From the NCBI GenBank assembly GCA_964491265.1, contig CAZBFP010000010.1:2233-66232 (forward strand): a stretch of 64,000 nt of DNA, written 5' to 3'. The translations under genes and the position numbers were made by a program. This document shows positions 29,621-38,326 of the stretch, piece after piece. This DNA is from an uncultured Leptospirales bacterium. Its GTDB lineage: Bacteria > Spirochaetota > UBA4802 > UBA5550. The stretch's first letter is position 1; every line of letters begins with the position of its first letter. The notes beneath the pieces were generated by a model. The model saw only the letters and a program-made list of their open reading frames with translations, was not told the DNA's origin and made no database searches.

Positions 29621-29690
29621 ATGTTTTTTAGTGCAATAATGATGTTTTCCATATCCCCGCCGTCTACGACGGCGGGGACAATAGATCATT
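29621..29690. repeat. GC-rich palindromic REP-like element B1 (core hairpin tccccgccgtc-tac-gacggcgggga at 29654-29678) with a conserved AT-rich leader
   Basis: Leader ttttttagtgcaataatgatgttt(t/c)ccatatccc is shared with the copy at 31080-31113. Confidence 0.6.
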
Positions 29691-29771
29691 GCCTGACAGT
29701 AATAAGTTTAGGAATAAATACTGCATTATTCTATTATTTTAAAGTAAAAAAAGCTTTGTCATTGAACAATT

Positions 29772-30101
29772 TTATTCAACTATGAGCTTCCCCGGTATCC
29801 CCGATAAGGTCAATTCCCTGAAAACAAAAAAAAGTTTTTTGACCCCTATCTTTATTTCCGGGATTTCATCGGTTTTAATCGCTTTTGATATCCACAATGT
29901 TATCGTCCCTGATTCAAATTTTATGTATTGTCCTATAACTTCGTCTATCGGCTTTCCCATGCATACTGCAGGGTTCCGGCTTGTAATCTGCCGGGATGGG
30001 CATCACCCTCCCGAGGAGCAGACAGATTCTATGTATATTGTGATATTTGAATCACCTTCCATAATGTAGGCAGCTGCGTCTTTTTCTATAGTAATTTTCA
30101 A
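29772..30101 (-). CDS. HesB/IscA-like small protein with an in-frame UGA (candidate selenoprotein), 110 codons
   Basis: Perfect SD GGAGGA 6 nt before a TTG start at 30101. N-terminus KITIEKDAAAYI and IYIESVCSSGG are IscA-like (ITLTDSAA..., GCSG). TGA at 30003-30005 lies between GG and CPS, giving C-x4-U-C. The frame stays open 44 codons past the UGA to a TAA stop. Confidence 0.45.
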
Positions 30102-30163
30102 AATAGATCCTCCTGGTAATCATTTCAGTTTTATTAAATGAATAGGCAATATTAACAACTTCA

Positions 30164-30470
30164 GCTCATTCCGGATTTTTGGGATACTAAGAAAGTACTT
30201 TTTTTACTTTTCCCCCCTGTCCCCCAAAGGGGGCACGAGTTATCTATTATTACTCTGAAAATATAATTGTTGCCACTTTGATAACTAATCCCTTTACATT
30301 GTTCCGCATATCTTTTGCAAGCTCAACAATATAAAGGATTTTTTAATACTTTGATTCACCAACTTGCTCAAGTTTTTATTTTACGTGCCCCCTTTGGGGG
30401 ACAGGGGGCTTACTCCAGAATATGTGGAAACAAACAATATTATTACTTTTCCCAAAAATCCGGAATGAGC
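30164..30470. mobile_element. 307-bp element with nested inverted repeats: perfect 21-bp outer IRs and 26-bp inner IRs. MITE-like or invertible segment
   Basis: Outer IRs gctcattccggatttttggga (30164-30184) and its reverse complement (30450-30470). Inner IRs cccccctgtcccccaaagggggcacg (30212-30237) and cgtgccccctttgggggacagggggc (30384-30409). Sits in the divergent promoter region between the UGA-containing gene and the Yippee-like gene. Confidence 0.55.
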
Positions 30471-30633
30471 CACAACTTTTATACTTTCAATATAATATTA
30501 GTAACAAATGATCTGTAAAAGTTTATTTTAATACCGGATATTTTTTTTAAAGTTATTTTTTATTGTATATATTCTATTATAGCAGAATAGTAATTATCTG
30601 CCGGAGCAGGTTAATCCCTCATGGAGTAATATT

Positions 30634-31005
30634 TTGAATTATCAGCATAAGGAAAATCCCCTGGCCGGGATAGGTGATTCACCGGAACTGGCTGAAAAAG
30701 AGGATGAAAAAGTTATCTGCCGTAATTGTGCAGCCCCTATTACGGATAGAAATGAGATAATAGAGATTGAAGGTGCTGCATTCCATTATAAAAGAAATCC
30801 TGCAGGTATTTATTTCAGCATTGTCTGTTTCAGGTCTGCCAGGGGGTGCAGGAATGTGGGTTACTACACGTCAGAGTATTCCTGGTTCCCCGGTTATAAA
30901 TGGTGCATAGTAATATGCGGAGCCTGCTCAAGTCACCTGGGTTGGCAATATTCCGGTGCCGGTAATTTTTACGGATTAATTGCAGATCGCATTACCGGTT
31001 TTTAA
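30634..31005 (+). CDS. Yippee/CULT-like zinc-ribbon protein
   Basis: CRNCAAP...CGACSSHLGWQY resembles the Yippee/Mis18 and CULT pattern (CxxC...CxxCxxHLGW.Y) with aromatic residues nearby. Confidence 0.4.
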   Translation: MNYQHKENPLAGIGDSPELAEKEDEKVICRNCAAPITDRNEIIEIEGAAFHYKRNPAGIYFSIVCFRSARGCRNVGYYTSEYSWFPGYKWCIVICGACSSHLGWQYSGAGNFYGLIADRITGF

Positions 31006-31025
31006 AAAAGACTTTACTTGCTGAT

Positions 31026-31136
31026 GAATTACTGTAATTTCTGAAATATAAAAAATTACAGTAATTACTCCTGAAGATATTTTTTAGTGCAATAATGATG
31101 TTTCCCATATCCCAGCCGTCTACTGGTCGGGGATAT
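31026..31136. repeat. REP-like element B2: 14-bp inverted repeat (aattactgtaattt / aaattacagtaatt), the shared leader, and a degenerate GC hairpin (atatcccagccgtctactggtcggggatat)
   Basis: Leader 31080-31113 is nearly identical to B1 29625-29658. The hairpin carries substitutions that break complementarity. Confidence 0.5.
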
Positions 31137-31220
31137 TAGAGCATTTTGTTTAAAATAAAAGTTAAGTAATTAACACTGAAAAAATTGAGTAAAATATTTT
31201 AATTTCCGGATGAAGAAAAG

Positions 31221-31871
31221 ATGAAATCCAATATAGGACTGGTAACAAGAAATCAGGAGATCGCAGAAGATCTGAAGTCCAATCTTCCCGGATTTGATAT
31301 AACAATCTACCGGAGCATTGAATCAATACATCGTGAATCAGATTCCGCCTTTTTTGTTGATTATGAGGAGGTTGCAGATTCCGATTCCACCCAGTTTTAT
31401 CTTTCCAGATTAAGAAAAAAAATTCTTGATGTCCCTGTTATTCTTGTTCTGCGGGTGAGCACTGTTGCCGAGCTTGATGCAACATGGTTTTTTGATGATT
31501 TTATTCTTTATCCTTTCCGCAAAGGTGAAACTCCGGCGAGGCTTACCCGTATCCTGGGTGTGCAGGCTGAAGATGATGATGAAATATCGATAGGGCAGCT
31601 CCGGATTAACATGAAAGAGTATGCTGTATATCTTGATAATGAAAAAATTGAACTTACCTACAAGGAGTTTGAGCTTCTGAGACTTTTTATTCTAAACAGG
31701 GGTACAGTTTTTTCCAGAAAAGATGTATTGAGCCGCATATGGGGTATGGAATATATCGGCGGTACCAGAACTGTTGATGTTCATATCCGGAGACTCCGGA
31801 GCAAGCTGGGGGATGATTTTAATTCTATAATCGAAACTGTCCGTAATGTGGGATACAAGTGCAGGGATTAG
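31221..31871 (+). CDS. OmpR-family winged-helix transcriptional regulator with an atypical, probably non-phosphorylatable receiver domain
   Basis: C-terminal trans_reg_C (LTYKEFELLRLF...RTVDVHIRRLRSKL...VRNVGYK). The N-terminal domain lacks the usual acidic pocket. Confidence 0.65.
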   Translation: MKSNIGLVTRNQEIAEDLKSNLPGFDITIYRSIESIHRESDSAFFVDYEEVADSDSTQFYLSRLRKKILDVPVILVLRVSTVAELDATWFFDDFILYPFRKGETPARLTRILGVQAEDDDEISIGQLRINMKEYAVYLDNEKIELTYKEFELLRLFILNRGTVFSRKDVLSRIWGMEYIGGTRTVDVHIRRLRSKLGDDFNSIIETVRNVGYKCRD

Positions 31872-31978
31872 GCTTAATACCGGTTATATAACACGCCCAA
31901 AAATTTTTATGAAACCATTTACAACTTAAGTCTACAGAGTACTAGTATTATGGTAGTAGTAGAATTTATGGGAAAGTC

Positions 31979-32122
31979 TGTCGTTCCGGCCGAAGTGATT
32001 AACGTAGGCAAGCAATATAGAAACATCCTGTTTCGTGCTTGCAGACAACCATCGTGGCTGTACTGCCGGAATCATCCGAAAAAATCAGGAGTTATGAGAT
32101 TCCCGCATGCGCGGGAATGACA
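31979..32122. repeat. MITE-like intergenic repeat, copy 2 (144 bp), with an extra palindromic insert of about 65 bp (gcaagca...tgcttgc)
   Basis: Shares termini TGTCGTTCCGGCCGAAGTGA ... GCGCGGGAATGACA and the internal hairpin ccgaaaaaatcagg with the copy at 23254-23340. Lies upstream of the Opp-like operon. Confidence 0.6.
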
Positions 32123-32285
32123 ATACCTCCAAAATACTACAGCTACCTGTAGTATAGAAAATATTGTATGCTATTTATATTTGACAAAGGATTTTAATCA
32201 CGATATTATGTCTTATCAGCACTGTATGCTGAATCCGGTTTATTGATGCTTAACTTACTTCCAAAGGATTAGAATAGCTGAATAA

Positions 32286-33296
32286 ATGAAAGATTATGTA
32301 CTGAGAAGACTTCTCCTTGTTATTCCCACATTTATAGGGATTACCTTAATGGTCTTTATAATGACCCGTTTTGTTCCAGGCGGTCCTATTGAAAGGATGA
32401 TAGCCCAGGCTCAGGAGGCATCTGCTGCTCAAGGTTATCACAGGATGAATGAGGTACCTCTTTCAGCTGAGCAGCTCCAGGAGCTGAAGAGCTTCTACGG
32501 TTTTGATAAGCCTGTTATAGTAAGTTATATATACTGGCTTAAAAATGTGCTCATTCTTGATCTGGGAACATCAACACGCTACTATGAACCAGTGTGGGAG
32601 ATTATTAAAAGCAAATTACCGGTTTCCCTTTTTTATGGAATTATGGCAATGCTCCTTACATATTCTGTCTGTATCCCTCTGGGTGTGCTTAAAGCCCTTA
32701 AGCATCGTACTCATCTTGATAATGCAACCTCTGTTCTTGTTTTTACCGGCTATGCCATACCTAACTATGTTGTTGCAATCATACTTCTACTTGTATTCTC
32801 ATCCTGGCTCGATATTTTTCCCCTTGGCGGTTTTGTAGGGAACAATTTCCATGAGCTTTCATTTTTCGGTAAAATAGGTGATATCTTCTACCATGCCGCG
32901 CTCCCCTTAGTTGCATATATGGCAGGGAGTTTTGCAATAATGACCTTTCTTATGAAAAATTCACTCATGGAGCATCTTGCATCTGACTTTGTACGTACAG
33001 CTGTAGCAAAGGGGCAGAATTTCAGGGGCGCTGTTTTAAAGCATGCTTTCAGAAACAGTCTTATCCCCCTTGCCACACACTTCGGCAATAATATTTCTCT
33101 TATTCTTACAGGATCCTATCTTATTGAAAAAATATTTAATATTGACGGCATAGGACTCCTGGGCCTTGAGTCGGTTATTGAAAGGGATTACCCTGTTGTA
33201 ATGGGGATACTTGTCATATCTTCATTACTTTTTATGATCGGGAATATCCTTTCAGATATATGTGTTGCTATTGTTGATCCCAGAGTAAAATTTTAA
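32286..33296 (+). CDS. Peptide/opine-type ABC transporter permease (OppB/YejB-like)
   Basis: Polytopic membrane protein, binding-protein-dependent transport EAA-region fold, operon context. Confidence 0.75.
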   Translation: MKDYVLRRLLLVIPTFIGITLMVFIMTRFVPGGPIERMIAQAQEASAAQGYHRMNEVPLSAEQLQELKSFYGFDKPVIVSYIYWLKNVLILDLGTSTRYYEPVWEIIKSKLPVSLFYGIMAMLLTYSVCIPLGVLKALKHRTHLDNATSVLVFTGYAIPNYVVAIILLLVFSSWLDIFPLGGFVGNNFHELSFFGKIGDIFYHAALPLVAYMAGSFAIMTFLMKNSLMEHLASDFVRTAVAKGQNFRGAVLKHAFRNSLIPLATHFGNNISLILTGSYLIEKIFNIDGIGLLGLESVIERDYPVVMGILVISSLLFMIGNILSDICVAIVDPRVKF

Positions 33297-33308
33297 AGGT
33301 TAATTATT

Positions 33309-34358
33309 GTGATTAAATTTAATCCTCTTACTATTGAGAAAATTAACCGCTTTAAAACAATAAAGAGGGGGTATTATTCCCTATTGACTATAGCTATTCT
33401 TATTCTGCTCTCTCTTTTTGCGGAAATATTTGTAAACAGCAGGGCTCTGGTGGTACGATATGAGGGGAGCTACTATTTCCCTGTATACGGCTCAATGATA
33501 CCTGGAGCAGAATTCGGTCTCGGCTATGAATACGAAACCAGCTACAGGGATCTGAAGGAGAAATTTGAACAGGAAGGGGGGGGCAATTTTGTAATAATGC
33601 CCCCGGTTCCCTATAATGCTTTTGAAACAAATTTCAGGGAGGGGAGATTCCCCCCTTTGCCGCCTTCGTTAAAGGATCGTCATTTCCTTGGTACAGATAA
33701 AACCGGGAGGGATGTAACAGCGCGGCTTGTATACGGTTTCAGAATAGCCATATTTTTTTCTCTTATTCTTATGGTCATCAATTATATAATAGGAATTACT
33801 ATCGGCTGTTTTATGGGATATCTGGGGGGTAAGTTCGATCTCTTTTTTCAGCGTATTATAGAGATATGGAATAATATCCCCTATCTTTACGCTATAATAA
33901 TTATTTCATCAATTGTTATTCCCGATTTTTTTTCACTCCTTGGCATAATGGTCTTTTTCGGATGGATAGGGATGACCTGGTATATGCGGACTGCAACATA
34001 TAAGGAGCGGGAGAGGGATTATGTAATGGCAGCAAAGGTTACCGGTGCATCTACAATAAGGATAATATTCAGCCACATTCTTCCTAATACGGTTTCAGTA
34101 ATAATAACATTCGCACCCTTTGCAATAGCTGCAGGTATAACTGCGCTTACTGCCCTTGATTTTTTAGGTTTCGGCATGCCTCCCCCCACACCGAGCTGGG
34201 GGCAGCTTCTCTCTGAGGCTTCTGAGTATAATATAAGCGCTCCATGGCTCGGGATTTCTGTAATCAGCGCCCTCATCATTGTATTAACCATGGTAACATT
34301 TATTGGTGAGGCAGTAAGGGAGTCATTTGACCCCAAAAGATTTATATCTTATGAATAG
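33309..34358 (+). CDS. Peptide-type ABC transporter permease (OppC/YejE-like)
   Basis: N-terminal extension plus permease core. Operon context. Confidence 0.75.
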   Translation: MIKFNPLTIEKINRFKTIKRGYYSLLTIAILILLSLFAEIFVNSRALVVRYEGSYYFPVYGSMIPGAEFGLGYEYETSYRDLKEKFEQEGGGNFVIMPPVPYNAFETNFREGRFPPLPPSLKDRHFLGTDKTGRDVTARLVYGFRIAIFFSLILMVINYIIGITIGCFMGYLGGKFDLFFQRIIEIWNNIPYLYAIIIISSIVIPDFFSLLGIMVFFGWIGMTWYMRTATYKERERDYVMAAKVTGASTIRIIFSHILPNTVSVIITFAPFAIAAGITALTALDFLGFGMPPPTPSWGQLLSEASEYNISAPWLGISVISALIIVLTMVTFIGEAVRESFDPKRFISYE

Positions 34359-34410
34359 TATAACAGTGTTAATGCTTCAACTTTTATTTTAACTAAAAAA
34401 AAGCATTATT

Positions 34411-34440
34411 ACACTAAAATATATCTTCAGGAATAATTAC
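34411..34440 (+). promoter_or_regulatory. Conserved upstream motif ACACTAAAATATATCTTCAGGAATAATTAC (copy 1 of 3)
   Basis: Near-identical motifs at 63049-63076 and 63710-63738. Each lies 30-70 nt upstream of a gene encoding a secreted or membrane-anchored protein. Confidence 0.4.
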
Positions 34441-34469
34441 TGACAGTATGAATAGATGGAGGAGTAAAG

Positions 34470-36338
34470 ATGTTCAGATATAAGACAGGGGTGATTCCTT
34501 TCTTTTTAACACTATTGCTGACTTTCGCATTGGTCTTTTTTATATCATGCAAAAGCGGGGATGACGATGAAAACTTCCCCGATGATATTGAGGAGATTGT
34601 ACTCGATTATTCTGTTCAGAGTCTCGGTGAGGATCTTAAGTGGATAACAAACGACAGGGAGCCTCTTATCGCCTCCTCTAAGGCTAAGAAAGGTGGTACC
34701 TTTAATCTCTATATACTCACATTCCCTTTAACTTTCAGGGTTGTAGGTCCCGATTCCAATAACTTTACAAGATCATATTTTCTTAATAATCAGCTTTCAC
34801 TTGTGGGATTTCATCCTGATACAGAGAAAATTCTTCCTGAACTTGCTACTCACTGGGCATATGGTAAAGACGGGAGAACAATGTATTTCAAGCTTCATCC
34901 TGATGCAAAATGGTCAGACGGCGAGCCGGTAAAGCCTGAAGATTTTGTTTATACTCTTGAGTTTATGAGGTCCAGATATATCAGGGCTCCATGGTATAAT
35001 GATTACTACACAAAAGAGATTGAAAGCGTAAAAATATATAGTGACAATATCATATCAGTAACAGCTGCAAAAAAGAGTCCCGACCTGTGGCTTACAACAA
35101 ATCTTTCACCCACACCGAAACATTTTTACGGTAAATTGAATAAGAGTTTTGTAAGGGATTATAACTGGAAGATAGAACCTAATACAGGCCCCTATGTTTT
35201 AAAAGATTATTCAAAGGGGAAATACCTTTTATTTGAAAGGAAGAAGGACTGGTGGGCAGCTGATTTAAGATATTATAAAAACAGGTATAATGTTGATTAT
35301 TTTAAACTCAATGTTATCAGGGACGTTAATGTTGCCTACGAGCATTTCCGTAAAGGACAGCTCGATACTTTCGGCGCAACCAGGCCTTCAATCTGGCATG
35401 AAAAAGCCCAGGGTGAAATATTCAACAAGGGGTATGCTCACAGGCTTTGGTTTTATAATGATACAAGGCGGCCCACATGGGGCTTATATCTTAATTTTGA
35501 AAAGGAGATATTTAAAGATCTCAATCTCAGGTACGCCCTTGCTCACGCGATAAATTTTGATAAGGTTAACCGGCAGATTTTAAGGGGTGAGGCAGTCAGG
35601 CTTCATACTTTCTATTCCGGTTATGGCGCATACACAAACAGCAGAATAAAAGCCAGGGAGTTTAACATCAGCCGTGTTGAAAAATATATGAGGGGTGCCG
35701 GATGGGAAAGGGGATCTGACGGTATATGGGAAAAGGATGGAAGCAGGTATTCTGTTACACTCACCTATGGTCAGGAACTTTTCACTCCCAGGGTTGTTGT
35801 AATGAAAGAGGAGGCAAAAAAAGCTGGTATTGAGCTTAATCTGGAATTACTCGACGCAAGCACATCATATAAAAAAATAATGGAGAAGATGCACGATATT
35901 GCATATATGGGCTGGTCTACAAGCTTCAGGCCTTCGCCATGGCAGTCCTTTCATTCTGAAAACGCCAATAAACCTCAGACAAACAATATTAATAATATGA
36001 ATGATCCTGAAATGGACACCCTTATACAGCAGTACCGCGATTCCATTGATGAAAAGGAGCTGATAAGACTTTCCCACAGAATACAGGAGAAGATACATGA
36101 ACTGGGCGGCTGGATACCTCTTGACACAGTCCCCTTTTTCAGGTCTGTATACTGGAGATGGATAGAGATACCGGATGTGCCCGGTTATAAAACCACCTCT
36201 GATATTTTTGATGATCCTTCAGCAGGGGGCTATTTCTGGATTGATGAGGATATTAAACGGGAAACCCTGGAGGCAATGAGAACAGGGAAGTCCTTTCAGC
36301 CGGTTACCAGAGTAATAACTAAATATAAGAGAAAATGA
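34470..36338 (+). CDS. ABC transporter substrate-binding protein, family 5 (OppA/YejA-like, 622 aa)
   Basis: Signal peptide plus lipobox (FFISC). SBP_bac_5-like length and composition. Embedded in the Opp-like operon between permeases and ATPases. Confidence 0.7.
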   Translation: MFRYKTGVIPFFLTLLLTFALVFFISCKSGDDDENFPDDIEEIVLDYSVQSLGEDLKWITNDREPLIASSKAKKGGTFNLYILTFPLTFRVVGPDSNNFTRSYFLNNQLSLVGFHPDTEKILPELATHWAYGKDGRTMYFKLHPDAKWSDGEPVKPEDFVYTLEFMRSRYIRAPWYNDYYTKEIESVKIYSDNIISVTAAKKSPDLWLTTNLSPTPKHFYGKLNKSFVRDYNWKIEPNTGPYVLKDYSKGKYLLFERKKDWWAADLRYYKNRYNVDYFKLNVIRDVNVAYEHFRKGQLDTFGATRPSIWHEKAQGEIFNKGYAHRLWFYNDTRRPTWGLYLNFEKEIFKDLNLRYALAHAINFDKVNRQILRGEAVRLHTFYSGYGAYTNSRIKAREFNISRVEKYMRGAGWERGSDGIWEKDGSRYSVTLTYGQELFTPRVVVMKEEAKKAGIELNLELLDASTSYKKIMEKMHDIAYMGWSTSFRPSPWQSFHSENANKPQTNNINNMNDPEMDTLIQQYRDSIDEKELIRLSHRIQEKIHELGGWIPLDTVPFFRSVYWRWIEIPDVPGYKTTSDIFDDPSAGGYFWIDEDIKRETLEAMRTGKSFQPVTRVITKYKRK

Positions 36339-36345
36339 AACAGGA

Positions 36346-37344
36346 ATGACTTACAGGAAAGGTGAAATAATACTCAGGGTGAAAGATTTTTCCGCCGGGT
36401 TCAGTACAGATAAAGGTCTTTTGCAGGCTATTGATAATATGAGCTTTAATCTTCACGGCGGCGAAACCCTGGGTATAGTGGGGGAGTCGGGCTGCGGCAA
36501 AAGCGTAACTGCCTTATCTATAATGAAGCTTCTCCCTGTGCCTGCGGGGAAATATCTTTCAGGGGAAATACTTTTTAAAGAGCGGGACATTCTGAAGATT
36601 GATAAGGATGAGCTCTCCAGCATCAGGGGGAGCAGAATCGCAATGATTTTCCAGGAACCGATGACAGCCCTTAACCCTGTTCAGAATATAGGTAAGCAGA
36701 TTGCAGAAGTATTTCATCTTCACATGAAATGGATGAAAGCTGCAGAGATCAGAGACGAATCTGTAAGCCTTCTAAAGCGGGTGGGTATACCTGAGCCGGA
36801 ACAGAGGCTGAGGGAATATCCGCACCAGCTCTCAGGGGGGATGAGACAGCGGGTAATGATAGCAATGGCGCTGGCCTGCAAACCTGATATCCTTATTGCA
36901 GATGAACCAACCACAGCCCTTGATGTGACAATACAGGCTCAGATCCTCGATCTTATTAAGGGGCTACAGGATGAAACAGGTATGTCTGTTATTTTTATTA
37001 CACACGATCTGGGGGTAATAGCCCAGCTTTGCGACAATGTAATTGTAATGTATGCAGGCAGAATCGCAGAGGAGGGGAGTGCGCTTTCTCTTTTCTCAAA
37101 TCCCCGTCACCCCTACACAAGGGGGCTTCTCGATTCAATACCGAAATTTGAGTATAAAAGAAAATCCAGGCTCAAATCTATTGAAGGGATGGTGCCATCC
37201 CTGGCTGAATATCCCTCAGGGTGCCGTTTCCAAAACAGGTGCCCCCTGGTTTTTGACAGGTGCTATGAAAGACATCCCGGTGTAACAGCTGTCGGTGAGA
37301 ATCATTCAGTATATTGTTATAAAAGCGGTATGAATAATGAATGA
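36346..37344 (+). CDS. Oligopeptide-type ABC ATP-binding protein (OppD-like)
   Basis: Walker A GESGCGKS, signature LSGGMRQR, Walker [10 protein letters not shown]-terminal oligopeptide-ABC extension with Cys cluster. Confidence 0.85.
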   Translation: MTYRKGEIILRVKDFSAGFSTDKGLLQAIDNMSFNLHGGETLGIVGESGCGKSVTALSIMKLLPVPAGKYLSGEILFKERDILKIDKDELSSIRGSRIAMIFQEPMTALNPVQNIGKQIAEVFHLHMKWMKAAEIRDESVSLLKRVGIPEPEQRLREYPHQLSGGMRQRVMIAMALACKPDILIADEPTTALDVTIQAQILDLIKGLQDETGMSVIFITHDLGVIAQLCDNVIVMYAGRIAEEGSALSLFSNPRHPYTRGLLDSIPKFEYKRKSRLKSIEGMVPSLAEYPSGCRFQNRCPLVFDRCYERHPGVTAVGENHSVYCYKSGMNNE

Positions 37345-38326
37345 TACAATACTCTCAGTTGAAGATTTGAAAACCCATTTCCCTGTACGGGCAGGGCTTT
37401 TCAGCAAAAGCAGAAAAAGCGTATTTGCCCTTGATGGTGTAACTTTTGATGTTGCCCGTGGTGAAACCCTTGGTATAGTGGGTGAGTCGGGTTGCGGTAA
37501 AACCACTCTGGGACGCACAATTGTAAATGTTTACAAACCTACTGCAGGGAGGGTAATTTTTAAGGATATTGTGATTTCCGGCCTGGGCAGCAGGGAGATG
37601 AGGCCATTAAGAAAAAATATCCAGATGATTTTTCAGGATCCCTTTGAATCATTGAATTCAAGGCATACTGTAAGATATATCCTTGAAGAGCCTTATATAA
37701 TACATAAAATCTGCGATAGAAAAGAGAGAGAGCGAAGAGTAAAGAAGCTTCTTGAGATTGTAGGTCTCCCTGAAAGCTCCCTTGACAGGTTCCCCCATGA
37801 GTTTTCAGGTGGACAGAGGCAGCGAATAGGTATAGCAAGAGCCGTATCACTTAATCCTGAACTTATTGTGTGTGATGAGCCTGTATCAGCACTGGATGTT
37901 TCGATTCAGTCGCAGATTTTAAATTTACTCATGGATCTTCAGAGCGAATTTAAGCTTACATATATATTTATTTCACATGACCTTACTGTAGTGCGCCATG
38001 TTTCCGACAGGATAGGGGTTATGTATCTTGGCCGCATAGTAGAGTTAACCGATGGGGATACTATTTATTCCGGTCCGCTTCATCCATATACACAGGCGCT
38101 TATTTCCGCAATCCCTGTGCCTTCGCCCGGGAAAGGGGATAAGCGTATTATTCTGGAAGGCTCTGTCCCTTCACCCATATCACCTCCATCCGGATGTCAC
38201 TTCAGAACCAGGTGTCCTATAGCCAGGGACATATGTTCAGTTGAATATCCCGAGCTGAAAAATTATGATGGAGGAAAGGGCGGCCATTTTGTTGCATGCC
38301 ATTTTGCAGGGGAGAAGATAATCTGA
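37337..38326 (+). CDS. Oligopeptide-type ABC ATP-binding protein (OppF-like)
   Basis: Walker [10 protein letters not shown], signature FSGGQRQR, Walker [10 protein letters not shown]. Confidence 0.85.
   Translation: MNDTILSVEDLKTHFPVRAGLFSKSRKSVFALDGVTFDVARGETLGIVGESGCGKTTLGRTIVNVYKPTAGRVIFKDIVISGLGSREMRPLRKNIQMIFQDPFESLNSRHTVRYILEEPYIIHKICDRKERERRVKKLLEIVGLPESSLDRFPHEFSGGQRQRIGIARAVSLNPELIVCDEPVSALDVSIQSQILNLLMDLQSEFKLTYIFISHDLTVVRHVSDRIGVMYLGRIVELTDGDTIYSGPLHPYTQALISAIPVPSPGKGDKRIILEGSVPSPISPPSGCHFRTRCPIARDICSVEYPELKNYDGGKGGHFVACHFAGEKII

Noticed and set aside
29782-30069. 95-aa plus-strand ORF overlapping the UGA-containing minus-strand gene
   Set aside because: No RBS and no motif. The minus strand has a perfect SD and IscA-like motifs, so the plus ORF is treated as a shadow.
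30315-30518. 67-aa ORF inside the nested inverted-repeat element
   Set aside because: Lies across the right-hand inverted repeats and has a low-complexity translation, so it is most likely a by-product of the repeat structure.
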